Source: an uncultured Trueperaceae bacterium
GTDB taxonomy: Bacteria; Deinococcota; Deinococci; Deinococcales; Trueperaceae
DNA length: 64,000 nt
Reading direction: 5' to 3'
NCBI GenBank assembly: GCA_963815215.1
Contig: CAWFFU010000003.1
Location: 1 to 64,000 of the forward strand
Positions within the stretch are counted from its first letter, which is position 1; each line of letters begins with the position of its first letter. The position numbers and the translations under genes are program-made. Below the pieces are notes generated by a model. It was not told the DNA's origin and made no database searches. It was given only the letters and a program-made list of their open reading frames with translations. This document shows positions 37,968 through 49,807 of the stretch, piece by piece.

Positions 37968-39116
37968 TCAGGTCAGGACGTCGGGGTCGAACAGGCGCCG
38001 GTACTCCTCGCCGGCATAGCGGTCGGTCATGCCGGCGATGTAGTCGGTGACGGCCCGTTCCAGCCCCAGCTCGTCGGCCTGGCTCTGCACGTCGAACGGC
38101 AGCATGTCCGGCGATCGGACGTAGGCGTGGTACATCCGCTCCAGCAGGGCGTCGGCCTTGTGGGTCATGCGGATCTGCCGGTAGTGGAAGTAGAAGCGAT
38201 CGAACAGGAAGGCCTTCAACTCGGCCAGTTTCTCGCGCATGGCCGGCGAGTTCGCGACCAGCTTCCCCGGCGCCTCGCGCACGTCGGTCGCGTCGCGCAC
38301 GCCCGACTCGCGCAGGCGCGCGTCTGTGTTCTCCGCCGCGTCCGTGATGACCTCGCCCAGGAGCTCGCGCACGAGGTAGTAGCGCTGTGTGTTGGCGAAA
38401 TCCAGGGGATCGATCCCCAGCCGGTCCATCAGCTCCCGCACGATGCGGACCTCGACGATGGCGCGCGGCGACAGGTGGCCCGACCGCAGACCGTCGTCCA
38501 GGTCGTGGGCGTTGTAGGCCAGCTCGTCGGCGACGTTGACGACCTGCGCCTCCAACGAAGGTTGGCGGTCCGGCTCCCAGCTCGGGTCGGGCAGGTCGTA
38601 CTCGGTCTCGTGCTTCATGATCCCCTCGAGCGTCTCCCAGCTCAGGTTCAGCCCCGGGAAGGCGGGGTAGCGCCGCTCCAGCTCGGTGACGATGCGAAGG
38701 CTCTGCTTGTTGTGGTCGAAGCCGCCGATCCCCTGCGCCAGGCGGTCGAGGGCGCGCTCGCCGGCGTGACCGAACGGCGGGTGGCCGAGGTCGTGGGCCA
38801 GCGCGATCGTCTCGGTCAGGTCCTCGTTGAGGCCGAGCGCTCGGGCGATGCTCTTGCCGACCTGCGCCACCTCGAGCGTGTGCGTCAGGCGCGTGCGATA
38901 GTAGTCGCCCTGGGTGTTGACGAAGACCTGCGTCTTGTACTCCAGGCGGCGGAAGGCGCTGGTGTGGATGACCCGATCGCGGTCCTTCTGGTAGGCCGTC
39001 CGGTACAGGCTCTCCTCCTCCGGGTGCAGCCGGCCACGGGACGCCGACGCGAGGCTGGCGTAGGGTGCGAGGGACTGGCGCTCGTGATCCTCGAGCAGGG
39101 GGCGCTCGTAGAGCAT
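37968..39116 (-). CDS. dgt: dGTP triphosphohydrolase
   Basis: AFRRLEYKTQV, RLTHTLEV, HDLGHPPFGH and DYIAGMTD motifs. Confidence 0.94.
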   Translation of the reverse strand: MLYERPLLEDHERQSLAPYASLASASRGRLHPEEESLYRTAYQKDRDRVIHTSAFRRLEYKTQVFVNTQGDYYRTRLTHTLEVAQVGKSIARALGLNEDLTETIALAHDLGHPPFGHAGERALDRLAQGIGGFDHNKQSLRIVTELERRYPAFPGLNLSWETLEGIMKHETEYDLPDPSWEPDRQPSLEAQVVNVADELAYNAHDLDDGLRSGHLSPRAIVEVRIVRELMDRLGIDPLDFANTQRYYLVRELLGEVITDAAENTDARLRESGVRDATDVREAPGKLVANSPAMREKLAELKAFLFDRFYFHYRQIRMTHKADALLERMYHAYVRSPDMLPFDVQSQADELGLERAVTDYIAGMTDRYAGEEYRRLFDPDVLT

Positions 39117-39205
39117 GATGGGTGCATCGTACCATTCGCGTGGTAGGCGCACTTCCGCGCCCGGGCGGCGCGACCCGGCGCCCGGGCCGGTCAAGGAGGC
39201 AGGGC

Positions 39206-39982
39206 ATGGCAGAGGATCCCCTCGACGTTGCGATCCGCACGGCCTACGAGGCCGGGAGGCAGACGCTGGCGAGCTTCCGGACCGGCGTGCAGGCCGAGTA
39301 CAAGGACGACGACAGCCCCGTCACGGCCGCCGACCGGGCCGCCGAGGAGCTCATCCGCGAGCGCCTCCACGCGGCCTTCCCCGACGACGGCATCCGGGGC
39401 GAGGAGTACGGCGAGGAGCGCTCGCAGAGCGGACGGAGCTGGTGGGTCGATCCGATCGACGGCACCAAGAGCTTCATACGTGGCGTGCCTCTGTACGCCG
39501 TGCTCATCGCGCTCGAGGTCGAGGGGCGCATCGACGTGGGCGCCGCCTACTTCCCGGCGCTCGACGAGATGGTGTACGCCGCGCGCGGACGCGGCGCCTT
39601 CCTCGACGGGAGGCGCATCCAGGTGACGCAGACCGCTACGTTGGAGCGCGCCTTCGTGTCTTGCACCGACCCCGGCAGCTTCGCGCGGCACGGCCGGGAG
39701 GGCGCGTGGCAGAGGCTGCAGGCCGCCAGCTACGCGGCCGTTGGCTGGGGCGACGCCTACGGGCACGCGCTGGTGGCCAGCGGCCGGCTAGAGCTCATGC
39801 TCGACCCCACCATGCACCCCTGGGACTGCGGCCCCTTCGGGATCATCCTGCCCGAGGCCGGCGGCTACTTCGGAGACTGGTCGGGGCGCGAGACCATCCA
39901 CGGCGGCGAGGCGATCAGCACCACCCGCCGCCTGCTACCCGAGGTGTTGGAGCGCATCCGCGGCGAGGGCGACAACGGTTGA
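39206..39982 (+). CDS. Inositol-monophosphatase-family protein (possible histidinol-phosphatase HisN)
   Basis: GEE, WVDPIDGTKSF, GDAYG and WD motifs. Confidence 0.85.
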   Translation: MAEDPLDVAIRTAYEAGRQTLASFRTGVQAEYKDDDSPVTAADRAAEELIRERLHAAFPDDGIRGEEYGEERSQSGRSWWVDPIDGTKSFIRGVPLYAVLIALEVEGRIDVGAAYFPALDEMVYAARGRGAFLDGRRIQVTQTATLERAFVSCTDPGSFARHGREGAWQRLQAASYAAVGWGDAYGHALVASGRLELMLDPTMHPWDCGPFGIILPEAGGYFGDWSGRETIHGGEAISTTRRLLPEVLERIRGEGDNG

Positions 39983-40057
39983 CGGCGATCGAGGCGAGCC
40001 GGGCGATGGTGCCGCACGGACCACGGGCAGCGGGTCCCGCGCCGGTAGACTGAAGCG

Positions 40058-41275
40058 ATGAGCATCCCGCGCCGACGCACTCCCACCGTACGGGTCGGCT
40101 CCGTCCCGGTCGGCAGCGACCACCCCGTGGTCGTCCAGTCGATGACCAACACCGACACCGCCGACGCGCCGGCCACCGCCGAGCAGGTGGCAACGCTGGC
40201 CCGCGCCGGCAGCGAGATCGTGCGCGTGACGGTCAACAACGACGCGGCTGCGCGGGCGCTCCCCGAGATCCGGGCGCGCCTGCGTGACGCGGGCGTCGAG
40301 GTGCCGCTGGTGGGCGACTTCCACTACAACGGCCACAAGCTGCTGACGGCGCACCCCGAGGCCGCGGAGTTGCTCGACAAGTACCGGATCAACCCGGGCA
40401 ACGTAGGCGTGGGGAAGCGCCGCGACGACAACTTCCTCGCCATCATCGACGTCGCTCGCGAGCACGCCAAGTCGGTGCGCATCGGCGTCAACTGGGGCTC
40501 GCTCGATTCGGACCTGCTCACGCGCCTGATGGACGAGAACGCCCGGCGCCACGACCCGTCGGATGCCAGCGAGGTCCTGGTGGAGGCGATGCTGCAATCG
40601 GCGTTGCTCTCCGCGGAGCTCGCTGAGGAGCGCGGCCTGCCGCACGACGCCATCATCCTTAGCGCCAAGGTGTCCGGGGTGCGGGCGCTGTGGGACGTCT
40701 ACCGCAAGCTGGCGGCGCGCTGCGATTACCCGCTGCACCTCGGTCTCACCGAGGCCGGCATGGGCGACAAGGGGGCGGTCTCGAGCAGTGCTGCGCTCAG
40801 TGCGCTCCTCGCCGAGGGCATCGGGGACACCATCCGAGTGTCGCTCACGCCCGACCCCGGCGCGCCGCGCGAGCGGGAGGTCGAGATCGCCCAGGAGATC
40901 CTGCAGGCGCTCGACCTGCGAAGCTTCGCTCCGACGGTGACCGCCTGCCCCGGCTGCGGCCGCACCACCAGCACGCTGTTCCAGGAGATGGCGCGCGACA
41001 TCCAGGCCTACCTGCGTGCGCAGATGCCCGTCTGGCGCGAGCGTTACCCAGGTGTGGAGGGGCTCCGCGTGGCGGTGATGGGGTGCGTCGTGAACGGGCC
41101 GGGTGAGTCGAAGCACGCCGACATCGGCATCAGCCTCCCAGGTAGCGGTGAGTCTCCTCGGGCTCCGGTCTACCGCGACGGCGAGCTGGTCGCCACGCTG
41201 CAGGGCGCCACCATCGTGCAGGACTTCAACCGCATGCTCGACGCATACGTCGAGCGGCGGTTCGGGCGGGCCTGA
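40058..41275 (+). CDS. ispG: HMBPP synthase IspG
   Basis: [27 protein letters not shown] and GCVVNGPGE motifs. Confidence 0.96.
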   Translation: MSIPRRRTPTVRVGSVPVGSDHPVVVQSMTNTDTADAPATAEQVATLARAGSEIVRVTVNNDAAARALPEIRARLRDAGVEVPLVGDFHYNGHKLLTAHPEAAELLDKYRINPGNVGVGKRRDDNFLAIIDVAREHAKSVRIGVNWGSLDSDLLTRLMDENARRHDPSDASEVLVEAMLQSALLSAELAEERGLPHDAIILSAKVSGVRALWDVYRKLAARCDYPLHLGLTEAGMGDKGAVSSSAALSALLAEGIGDTIRVSLTPDPGAPREREVEIAQEILQALDLRSFAPTVTACPGCGRTTSTLFQEMARDIQAYLRAQMPVWRERYPGVEGLRVAVMGCVVNGPGESKHADIGISLPGSGESPRAPVYRDGELVATLQGATIVQDFNRMLDAYVERRFGRA

Positions 41276-41360
41276 GCCGCCGGCACGTCCACGCGCGAGG
41301 TGCCACCGCTTCCGTTGGCCGCGGGAGGCCCGGGCGGGTCCCGACGCACGGAGCGGCGGA

Positions 41361-42497
41361 TCAGGCGCCGGTCCCGTCGCCACCGCTGTCGACGGCGGCC
41401 GCCCACTGCGAATGGCTCGCCGGAGCCAGCAGCGGAGGGCGCTCGCCGCCCTCGACGAAGAGCGTCTGGGTCGGGAAGGCGAACTCGATGCCCTGACTCA
41501 GGAAGAAATCCATGAGGGCCAGGTTGATGCGTTGTTGGATGTCCATGTACAGGGTGTAGTCGGGATCGAGCACCCAGTAGACGGTCTCGAAGTTGAGCGA
41601 ATACGGGCCGAACTCCTTGAAGTGGCTGCGGTCGAAGCGCACCTTCTCCTCGGCCTCGATGATCTTGCGGATGGTGCCGGGGATCTGCTCCACCTGCGCG
41701 CGCGGCGTGCCGTAGGTGACGCCCACCGAGAACACCACGCGCCGCTCAGCCATGCGCTTGTAGTTTCGGACACGCGCCTTGATGAGGTCGTTGTTGGCGA
41801 ACACCAGCTGCTCGCCCGACAGGCTTCGGATGCGGGTGGTGCGCAGCCCGACGTGCTCGACGGTCCCGAGGTGCTGGTCGACGATGATGAAGTCGCCGAT
41901 CTCGAAGGGTTTGTCGAACACGATCGACAGCGAGGCGAAGAGGTCGCCGAGGACGTTCTGCAACGCCAGCGCTACCGCCAGCGAGCTGATGCCCAGACCT
42001 GCGAGGAGTGTGTTGACGTGGATCCCGAGGTTCTCCAGCGTCAGCAGCAGCACCACCGTGAACAGCACCAGCCGCCCCACGAAGCCGATGGCGGCCAGGC
42101 CCGTGCGCCTTCCGGGGCCGAGCGACTCGTCGGCGTGGTAGCGGTCCAGCAGCGCCTGCAGCGCCTGGTTGGCCCACAGCGCGAACTGGATCAACAGCAC
42201 CACCACGAAGCCGCGCGCGATCATCTCGTGGGCGCGGCCTCCGACGACCAGCGCCTGCGAGCCCAGGTAGACTGCGGCGGCCAGGAACGAGATCGTGTGC
42301 GTGGCCCCGAGCACGCTCACGACCACGTCGTCGAACGCGAAGGTGGTGCGCTCTGCGAAGTGGGCCAGACGTCTCCGGACCAGACCTCTGACGGTGCGCA
42401 GCGCGAAGTAGCTGCCCACCGCTACGGCCAGCGCGATCAGCCAGCGCAGGAGGTCGTTGCCCAGGATGGAGGTGTGGAGGATCGACATCACGGTCAT
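41361..42497 (-). CDS. MscS-family mechanosensitive channel
   Basis: ALALQNVLGDLFAS..KPFEIGDFI..GIEFAFPTQ. Confidence 0.92.
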   Translation of the reverse strand: MTVMSILHTSILGNDLLRWLIALAVAVGSYFALRTVRGLVRRRLAHFAERTTFAFDDVVVSVLGATHTISFLAAAVYLGSQALVVGGRAHEMIARGFVVVLLIQFALWANQALQALLDRYHADESLGPGRRTGLAAIGFVGRLVLFTVVLLLTLENLGIHVNTLLAGLGISSLAVALALQNVLGDLFASLSIVFDKPFEIGDFIIVDQHLGTVEHVGLRTTRIRSLSGEQLVFANNDLIKARVRNYKRMAERRVVFSVGVTYGTPRAQVEQIPGTIRKIIEAEEKVRFDRSHFKEFGPYSLNFETVYWVLDPDYTLYMDIQQRINLALMDFFLSQGIEFAFPTQTLFVEGGERPPLLAPASHSQWAAAVDSGGDGTGA

Positions 42498-42555
42498 CGC
42501 TGACGTCAGTCTACCCGAGGCTGCAGAAGCGTTCGCAGCGGGCTATCCTGCGACC

Positions 42556-43134
42556 ATGAAGATCTACACCCGCACCGGAGACGACGGCGACACCGGGCTG
42601 TTCGGCGGTGATCGCGTTCCCAAGAGCGACGTCCGGGTGCGCGCCTACGGTGCGGTGGACGAGGCCAACGCCGTGCTGGGCGTGGCACGGGCCGCGCTGC
42701 GTCGTGACGAGGTCGTCGACGAAGCGCTGGACGAGGAACTGGCGGCCCTTCAGAGCGCGTTGTTCGACCTGGGTGCGGACCTGGCGACGCCGCTGGACGC
42801 CAAGGCGCGGCGCGTGGTGACGGCCATCGACGAGCACGACGTGCATGCCTTGGAGCTCCGCATCGACGCGCTCGACGCGGAGCTCGAGCCCCTCACCAGC
42901 TTCGTGCTGCCCGGCGGTGAGGCCGCGGCGGCCGCCCTCCACCTCGCGCGTACGGTGGTGCGGCGCGCCGAGCGCGACGCCGTGGCGCTGGCCGAGACCA
43001 CGGCCATCAACCCGCAGGCCCTGCGCTACCTGAACCGCCTGTCCGATCTGCTGTTCACGCTCGCCCGCGTGGTCAACGCACGGGCGGGCCGCCGGGACGT
43101 GGCGTGGCGGCCGCGGCCGCGTGCCGGCTCGTGA
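42556..43134 (+). CDS. PduO-type cob(I)alamin adenosyltransferase
   Basis: KIYTRTGDDG, YGAVDEAN, RRAER and YLNRLSDLLF motifs. Confidence 0.93.
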   Translation: MKIYTRTGDDGDTGLFGGDRVPKSDVRVRAYGAVDEANAVLGVARAALRRDEVVDEALDEELAALQSALFDLGADLATPLDAKARRVVTAIDEHDVHALELRIDALDAELEPLTSFVLPGGEAAAAALHLARTVVRRAERDAVALAETTAINPQALRYLNRLSDLLFTLARVVNARAGRRDVAWRPRPRAGS

Positions 43135-44185
43135 GCTCGGCCACGTTCGCCAGGCCGCGCCGGTCGAGCGCCGCCAGGATGTCGCGGTGGGCGCTGCGAA
43201 GCATCCCCGGACCGCGGTAGATGAAGGCGGTGTAGACCTGCACCAGGGTGGCGCCGGCCTCCAGCCGTTCGACCACGTCGGCGCCGTCGAACACCCCACC
43301 GACCGACACCAACGGCAGGCGAGTGGCGCTGCGGAGCACCCGTAACGCCGCCAGCGACGCGGCCGCCAGCGGCCGTCCCGACAACCCACCCGCCTCGCCC
43401 GCCAGGGGCGAGCGCAACCCGTCGCGGGCGATGGTGGTGTTGGTGGCGATGAGGCCGGCCGTCCTGGAGCGCTCGGCCAGCTCCGCCACCTCGAGCAACT
43501 GGTCGCGGGTGAGGTCCGGCGCGATCTTGAGCAGCACCGGCTTGGGTCCCAGCTCGTCCTGCAACCGGTCCGCGAGGCCGAGCAGCGCCTCGAGGGGGCC
43601 GCGCTCCTGTAGCCGGCGCAGGCCGGGCGTGTTGGGCGAGGAGACATTGAGGGCCAGGTAGTCGGCCACCGCCCACACGCTGCGCAGTGCGCGCTCGTAG
43701 TCGTCGATGGCGTCCTCGAGCGGGACCACTCGCGACTTCCCGACGTTGATCCCGAGCGGCACGTCCACGCCGCCGGCGGCCCGCAGGCGCAGCAGACGTC
43801 CGGCCATGGCGGCGGCGCCCCGATTGTTGAAACCCATGCGGTTGATGATGGCCTCGTCGCCCACGAGGCGGAACAGGCGCGGGCGGGGATTGCCGGGTTG
43901 CGGGCGAGCCGTGACGCTTCCGAGCTCGAGGTGGCCGAAGCCGAGGGCGCCGAAGGCGCGCACCGCCACACCGTCCTTGTCGAGCCCGGCGGCGAGGCCG
44001 ATGGGGGAGGGGAAGCGCAGGCCGAACGCTTCGACCTCGAGACGCGAGTCGTGCAGGGCGTAGACGCGCTCCAGGGCGCGCACCGCCAACACGCTCCGAC
44101 CCGCCCAGGCGAGGCCTCCGATCACGAGTCCATGGGCGCGCTCCGGCTCGAGCCGGAAGAGCGCGCGGCGCACCGCTCGATACAT
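43073..44185 (-). CDS. pyrD: Quinone-dependent dihydroorotate dehydrogenase
   Basis: GLAAGLDK, INRMGFNN, NVSSPNTPGLR and GGLSG motifs. Confidence 0.95.
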   Translation of the reverse strand: MYRAVRRALFRLEPERAHGLVIGGLAWAGRSVLAVRALERVYALHDSRLEVEAFGLRFPSPIGLAAGLDKDGVAVRAFGALGFGHLELGSVTARPQPGNPRPRLFRLVGDEAIINRMGFNNRGAAAMAGRLLRLRAAGGVDVPLGINVGKSRVVPLEDAIDDYERALRSVWAVADYLALNVSSPNTPGLRRLQERGPLEALLGLADRLQDELGPKPVLLKIAPDLTRDQLLEVAELAERSRTAGLIATNTTIARDGLRSPLAGEAGGLSGRPLAAASLAALRVLRSATRLPLVSVGGVFDGADVVERLEAGATLVQVYTAFIYRGPGMLRSAHRDILAALDRRGLANVAELTSRHAAAAATPRPGGPPVR

Positions 44186-44226
44186 GCCGCCAGTCTACCG
44201 GCCGGCAGCCCCCGACGCCCTTCGCG

Positions 44227-44943
44227 CTAGCTGCCCGGCGGTCGGCTGGGCCGCACCTCGATCTTGCTGGGCAGGGTGCGCTGCGGGGTGCGCAGCAGGT
44301 ACAGCACCATCTCCGCCAGGTCCTCGGGCTGGATCTTCCAGGCCTCGTCGGGGCCGGGAGCCTTGCCCGAGAAGTGCGTCGCGACCGAGCCCGGCATGAT
44401 GGTCGACACCTTGATGCCGTGCTTCCTCAGGTCGAGCATGACGGCCTGGCTGAAGCCGGTGAGGCCGAACTTGCTGGCGTTGTAGGCGGCGCCCCCGGCG
44501 AAGAAGTTGGTGCCGGCCAGGCTGCCGATGGTGATGATGGTCCCCTGGCTCCGCTTGAGCGGCTCGACCGACGCCTTCACGGTGTGGAACACGCCGGTGA
44601 GGTTGGTGTCGATGGTGGCGTGCCAGGCGTCGACGCTCAGGGTGTCGATGGGGGCGAAGGCGCCGATGCCGGCGTTGGCGACGACCGCGTCGAGGCTGCC
44701 GAACGCCTCCAGGGTGGCGGTCACGGCGCGCTCGAGCGCATCGAACTGGCGTACGTCGCACGCCACTCCCAGCGCCCGGCCGCCGCCAGCGGCGCCGAGC
44801 TCGTCCGCGACGCGCTCGACGTCGTGGGCGTTGCGCGAGGTCAGCGTGACGTTCATGCCTGCGGCGACCAGGGCTTGGGCGACGGCGCGGCCGATGCCGC
44901 GGCTCGCGCCGGTGACCAGGGCTGTCTTGCCGGATACGTCCAT
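44227..44943 (-). CDS. SDR-family oxidoreductase
   Basis: TGASRGIG, ANAG and YNASK motifs. Confidence 0.92.
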   Translation of the reverse strand: MDVSGKTALVTGASRGIGRAVAQALVAAGMNVTLTSRNAHDVERVADELGAAGGGRALGVACDVRQFDALERAVTATLEAFGSLDAVVANAGIGAFAPIDTLSVDAWHATIDTNLTGVFHTVKASVEPLKRSQGTIITIGSLAGTNFFAGGAAYNASKFGLTGFSQAVMLDLRKHGIKVSTIMPGSVATHFSGKAPGPDEAWKIQPEDLAEMVLYLLRTPQRTLPSKIEVRPSRPPGS

Positions 44944-45043
44944 GTGGCGACCGTAGCACGCTCGGAAGAGCGTTCTGCACGCTGTGGCGACACGTTCGTC
45001 CGGGCGCGCGCGACGGCGCCCGGACTGGTAGACTCGGGGCCGG

Positions 45044-45661
45044 ATGCGCCGCCTCACGCTGATCCGTCATGCGCTCACCGACTGGAACCTCAGCGGCCGG
45101 TTCCAGGGGCACAGTGACGTGGCGCTGTCGGAGAAGGGGCGGAGGCAGGCGCGTCGCCTGGCCCGCCACGTGCACGGCCTGGAGCCGGATGCGATGGTCT
45201 TCTCGAGCCCGCTGGGCAGGGCGCGGGAGACCGCCGAGATCGCGTTCCCGGAGCGCGAGATCCGGCTCGACGCCCGGCTCGCCGAGCTCGATTTCGGCGC
45301 CTTCGAGGGGGCGACCCAGCAACAGAACGAACTGCGCGCCGAGTGGGCCTGGTGGATCGCCGATCCGTACGAGCGCCCGACGCCCGGCGGCGAGTCCTAC
45401 CGCCAGCTCCGGCAGCGCGTGGTGGCATGGATGGACGAGCTGGAAGGGGCCGAGCACGTGGTCGCCGTCAGCCACTCGGGCACCATCCAGATGCTGCTGG
45501 CGCACGTACTGGGGGTCGAGCGCCCGCGCTGGCGCAAGCGCATCTACCTGCGCCACACCGGCATAAGCCGGGTGCTGTTCCGGGGCGACGAGGCGATCGT
45601 CGAGCGGGTCAATGACACCCGGCACCTCACAGCGGAGGGCGCCGACCCCTTCCTCGACTGA
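45044..45661 (+). CDS. Histidine phosphatase family protein
   Basis: LIRHALT, SSPLGRARET, GES and SH motifs. Confidence 0.9.
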   Translation: MRRLTLIRHALTDWNLSGRFQGHSDVALSEKGRRQARRLARHVHGLEPDAMVFSSPLGRARETAEIAFPEREIRLDARLAELDFGAFEGATQQQNELRAEWAWWIADPYERPTPGGESYRQLRQRVVAWMDELEGAEHVVAVSHSGTIQMLLAHVLGVERPRWRKRIYLRHTGISRVLFRGDEAIVERVNDTRHLTAEGADPFLD

Positions 45662-45710
45662 CGCAGTCGCGGCGCTCGGAGCCGAACGCAGCCGGTGGTA
45701 GACTCGCCGC

Positions 45711-46502
45711 GTGACCGACGCGGCCACGTTCACTGTCGAGCAGGAGCACTTCCAGGGGACGCTGGGTGAGCTCGCGCACGCCTTGCGCAACGGGGACCTG
45801 GCGCCACGCCGCCTGGACCTGTACCGCCTGGTCCGCGACTACCTGGGGTTCTTCGACGTCGTCGCGGATCGGGATCTCGAGCTGGCCAGCGAGGCGTTGC
45901 CGCAGGTCGCGCAGGTGATCGAACTCAAGGTTCGGCTGCTGCTGCCGCGGCCGCCGCGCGAGGAGACCGACGACGGCGAGGCGCTGGAAGAGGTCCTGTC
46001 GGCCGTCGCCTTGCTGGAGGAGCTGGAGGAGGCGGTGCAGTTCCTGCGGTCTCGACGCGAGGAACGGCGGCTGGTCCTCCCGGCGCGCGCACCCCGGCCC
46101 GACTACCCTCGGCCGGAGCGACCGCTCCGAGCCCGACCCGCCGATCTGGCGAGGCTCGCCGGGCGCTACCGCGTCGGGAACTACTTCGAGCTGGCGCTCG
46201 AGCGCCTCACCCTGGCCGGCGCCATGCGGCGCGTGATGACGGCCCTGCGCGACCTGGGACGCGGCTGGCTCTACGACCTGGCCGACGCGTCGGACTGGTC
46301 GAGCCGCACCGTGAGCTTCGCGGCACTGATGGAGCTGGTGCGTCAGGGGCGGGCTCGTGCGGATCAGGACGCACCGTACGCGCCGATCATGGTCGAGCGG
46401 GGGGCTCGGGCCGATGCGCCGCCGGACGGCTCCGACACGGAGCGCGCACGCCCGCCGACGCCGCGCGCGTCGCCCACGACGCCGGTCGCCGAGCCCAACT
46501 GA
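45711..46502 (+). CDS. scpA: Segregation/condensation protein A (kleisin)
   Basis: FQGTL..L..ELKVRLLLP N-terminus and FAALMELVRQG winged helix. Confidence 0.8.
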   Translation: MTDAATFTVEQEHFQGTLGELAHALRNGDLAPRRLDLYRLVRDYLGFFDVVADRDLELASEALPQVAQVIELKVRLLLPRPPREETDDGEALEEVLSAVALLEELEEAVQFLRSRREERRLVLPARAPRPDYPRPERPLRARPADLARLAGRYRVGNYFELALERLTLAGAMRRVMTALRDLGRGWLYDLADASDWSSRTVSFAALMELVRQGRARADQDAPYAPIMVERGARADAPPDGSDTERARPPTPRASPTTPVAEPN

Positions 46503-46557
46503 TCGTCGCCGGATACTGGGGGGACACGTCCGGCCACGGCCCGCAGGCGGGCCGTGC

Positions 46558-48363
<1,806 letters not shown>

Positions 48364-48487
48364 TCGGTCTCCGGGGGTGCGGGCGCCCCCTTGGGGGCGA
48401 TCGGTGTCGGGCGGCGTGGTCGCCTGCGTTCCAACGCGGCAGTATAGCGGACGCGGCCGCCAACGCGTGCAGCGCGGAGACATGGTG

Positions 48488-48546
48488 CATCCGCGCCACG
48501 GCGAAGGCGGGACCGGTATGGCCCCGCCTTCGCCGTTGCGCGGATG
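48488..48546. terminator. Long hairpin between the fasciclin gene and typA
   Basis: CATCCGCGC..ACGGCGAAGGCGGG / CCCGCCTTCGCCGT..GCGCGGATG. Confidence 0.55.
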
Positions 48547-48581
48547 GAGGGTGAGGGTCCGCCGGAGCGGACCCGGTCGGG

Positions 48582-49088
48582 TCAGTTGCTGGTGCCGGCG
48601 CCCATCGTCATGCTCGGGGGCAGGATGACCTTGTCGATGACGTGGATGACGCCGTTGGAGGCCTCGATGTCGGTGGCGGTGACGTGGGCGTCGTTGACCA
48701 TGACGCCGTCGGCGCCGGCGTGGATGGCGATGGGCTCACCCTGGACGCTCGTGGCCGAGGAGAGGCCCACGACGTCCGCGGCCATCACCTTGCCGGCGAC
48801 CACGTGGTAGGTGAGCAACGCCACGAGCTGCTCCTTGTTGGCGAGCAGCGCCTGGAGCTGGCCCTCGGGCAGGGCGGCGAAGGCTTCGTTGGTCGGCGCG
48901 AACACCGTGAACGGACCGTCGCTGTTCAGCGTGTCGACCAGGCCGGCCTCGGTCACGGCCGTGACGAGGGTGCTGAAGTCCGGGTTGGCGGCCGCCACCT
49001 CGACGATCGTCTGGGCCGTGGCGGTTCCGAAGGTGAGGAGCGCGGCCAGCGCGGCTCCGGCGAAGAGGGTCCTCAGGGTGTGTCTCAT
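48582..49088 (-). CDS. Secreted fasciclin (FAS1) domain protein
   Basis: Signal peptide; FTVFAPTNEAF, LLTYHV and NGVIHVIDKV motifs. Confidence 0.93.
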   Translation of the reverse strand: MRHTLRTLFAGAALAALLTFGTATAQTIVEVAAANPDFSTLVTAVTEAGLVDTLNSDGPFTVFAPTNEAFAALPEGQLQALLANKEQLVALLTYHVVAGKVMAADVVGLSSATSVQGEPIAIHAGADGVMVNDAHVTATDIEASNGVIHVIDKVILPPSMTMGAGTSN

Positions 49089-49420
49089 ACGTCCTCCAGT
49101 TCGTTTGGGGTCGGTCCCGTCGCCTGTCGCTCCAGGGGGTGGGGTGCAGGGAGGGATCGCAGGGTGTGGGGCTTGTCCGACCTTGAACAAAGGGTATACG
49201 CAACCATTACGCCCACACCGCGGCCGGGGCCACAGTCTGTCCGCCGGGGAAGTGCGTGGCCCGCTAGCTCCGTGGCGGACGGCTCGGTGGCGCCCGATGC
49301 CGCGCGGTACCACGCGTGCTTCCTGGTTGACAGGGCCGTGAGCCGGCGTCTGATAGGTTCGTGTGCAGTGCATGAGCCGTCCCTGCCGCAGGGACCGGTC
49401 CGACACCCCGGAGGACTCCG

Positions 49421-49687
49421 TTGCAGAACCTTCCCTTGACCATGTACACCACCCGCTGGTGCGGAGATTGCGTTCGCGCCAAGAACTTCCTGCAGAAGTT
49501 CGCGATCCCGTTCGTCGAAGTCGACATCGAGCAGGATCCCGAGGCGGCGAACTACGTCCAGAGCGTCAACGACGGGCGGCGCAGCGTTCCCACCCTGGTG
49601 GTGGAGGGACGCGCCACCAGCCTGTCCGGCTTCACCCGCGAGAAGTTCGACGCCTTCCTCGACCAGCACGGACTGCGCAACGGGTGA
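49421..49687 (+). CDS. Glutaredoxin/mycoredoxin-like protein
   Basis: WCGDC, VDIEQD and SVPT motifs. TTG start after GGAGG. Confidence 0.88.
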   Translation: MQNLPLTMYTTRWCGDCVRAKNFLQKFAIPFVEVDIEQDPEAANYVQSVNDGRRSVPTLVVEGRATSLSGFTREKFDAFLDQHGLRNG

Positions 49688-49706
49688 CGAGTGCGCCCGG
49701 GATACG

Positions 49707-49742
49707 GCGTTCGGGCCACAGCGTTCGGGCCACGGCGTTCGG
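49707..49742. repeat. 14-bp intergenic tandem repeat (~2.6 copies)
   Basis: GCGTTCGGGCCAC(A/G) x2 plus GCGTTCGG. Confidence 0.8.
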
Positions 49743-49807
49743 CACGCTCGGCAGCGGCGCGGCGCCCCGTCGGGCCGGTTCCCACGGGGCGTGGTAGCCT
49801 CGTGAGG

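Noticed and set aside
49327..49420. Riboswitch or canonical promoter upstream of the redoxin gene
   Set aside because: TTGACA has no -10 at the normal spacing, and the single hairpin (GTCCCTG..CAGGGAC) matches no riboswitch I recognise.
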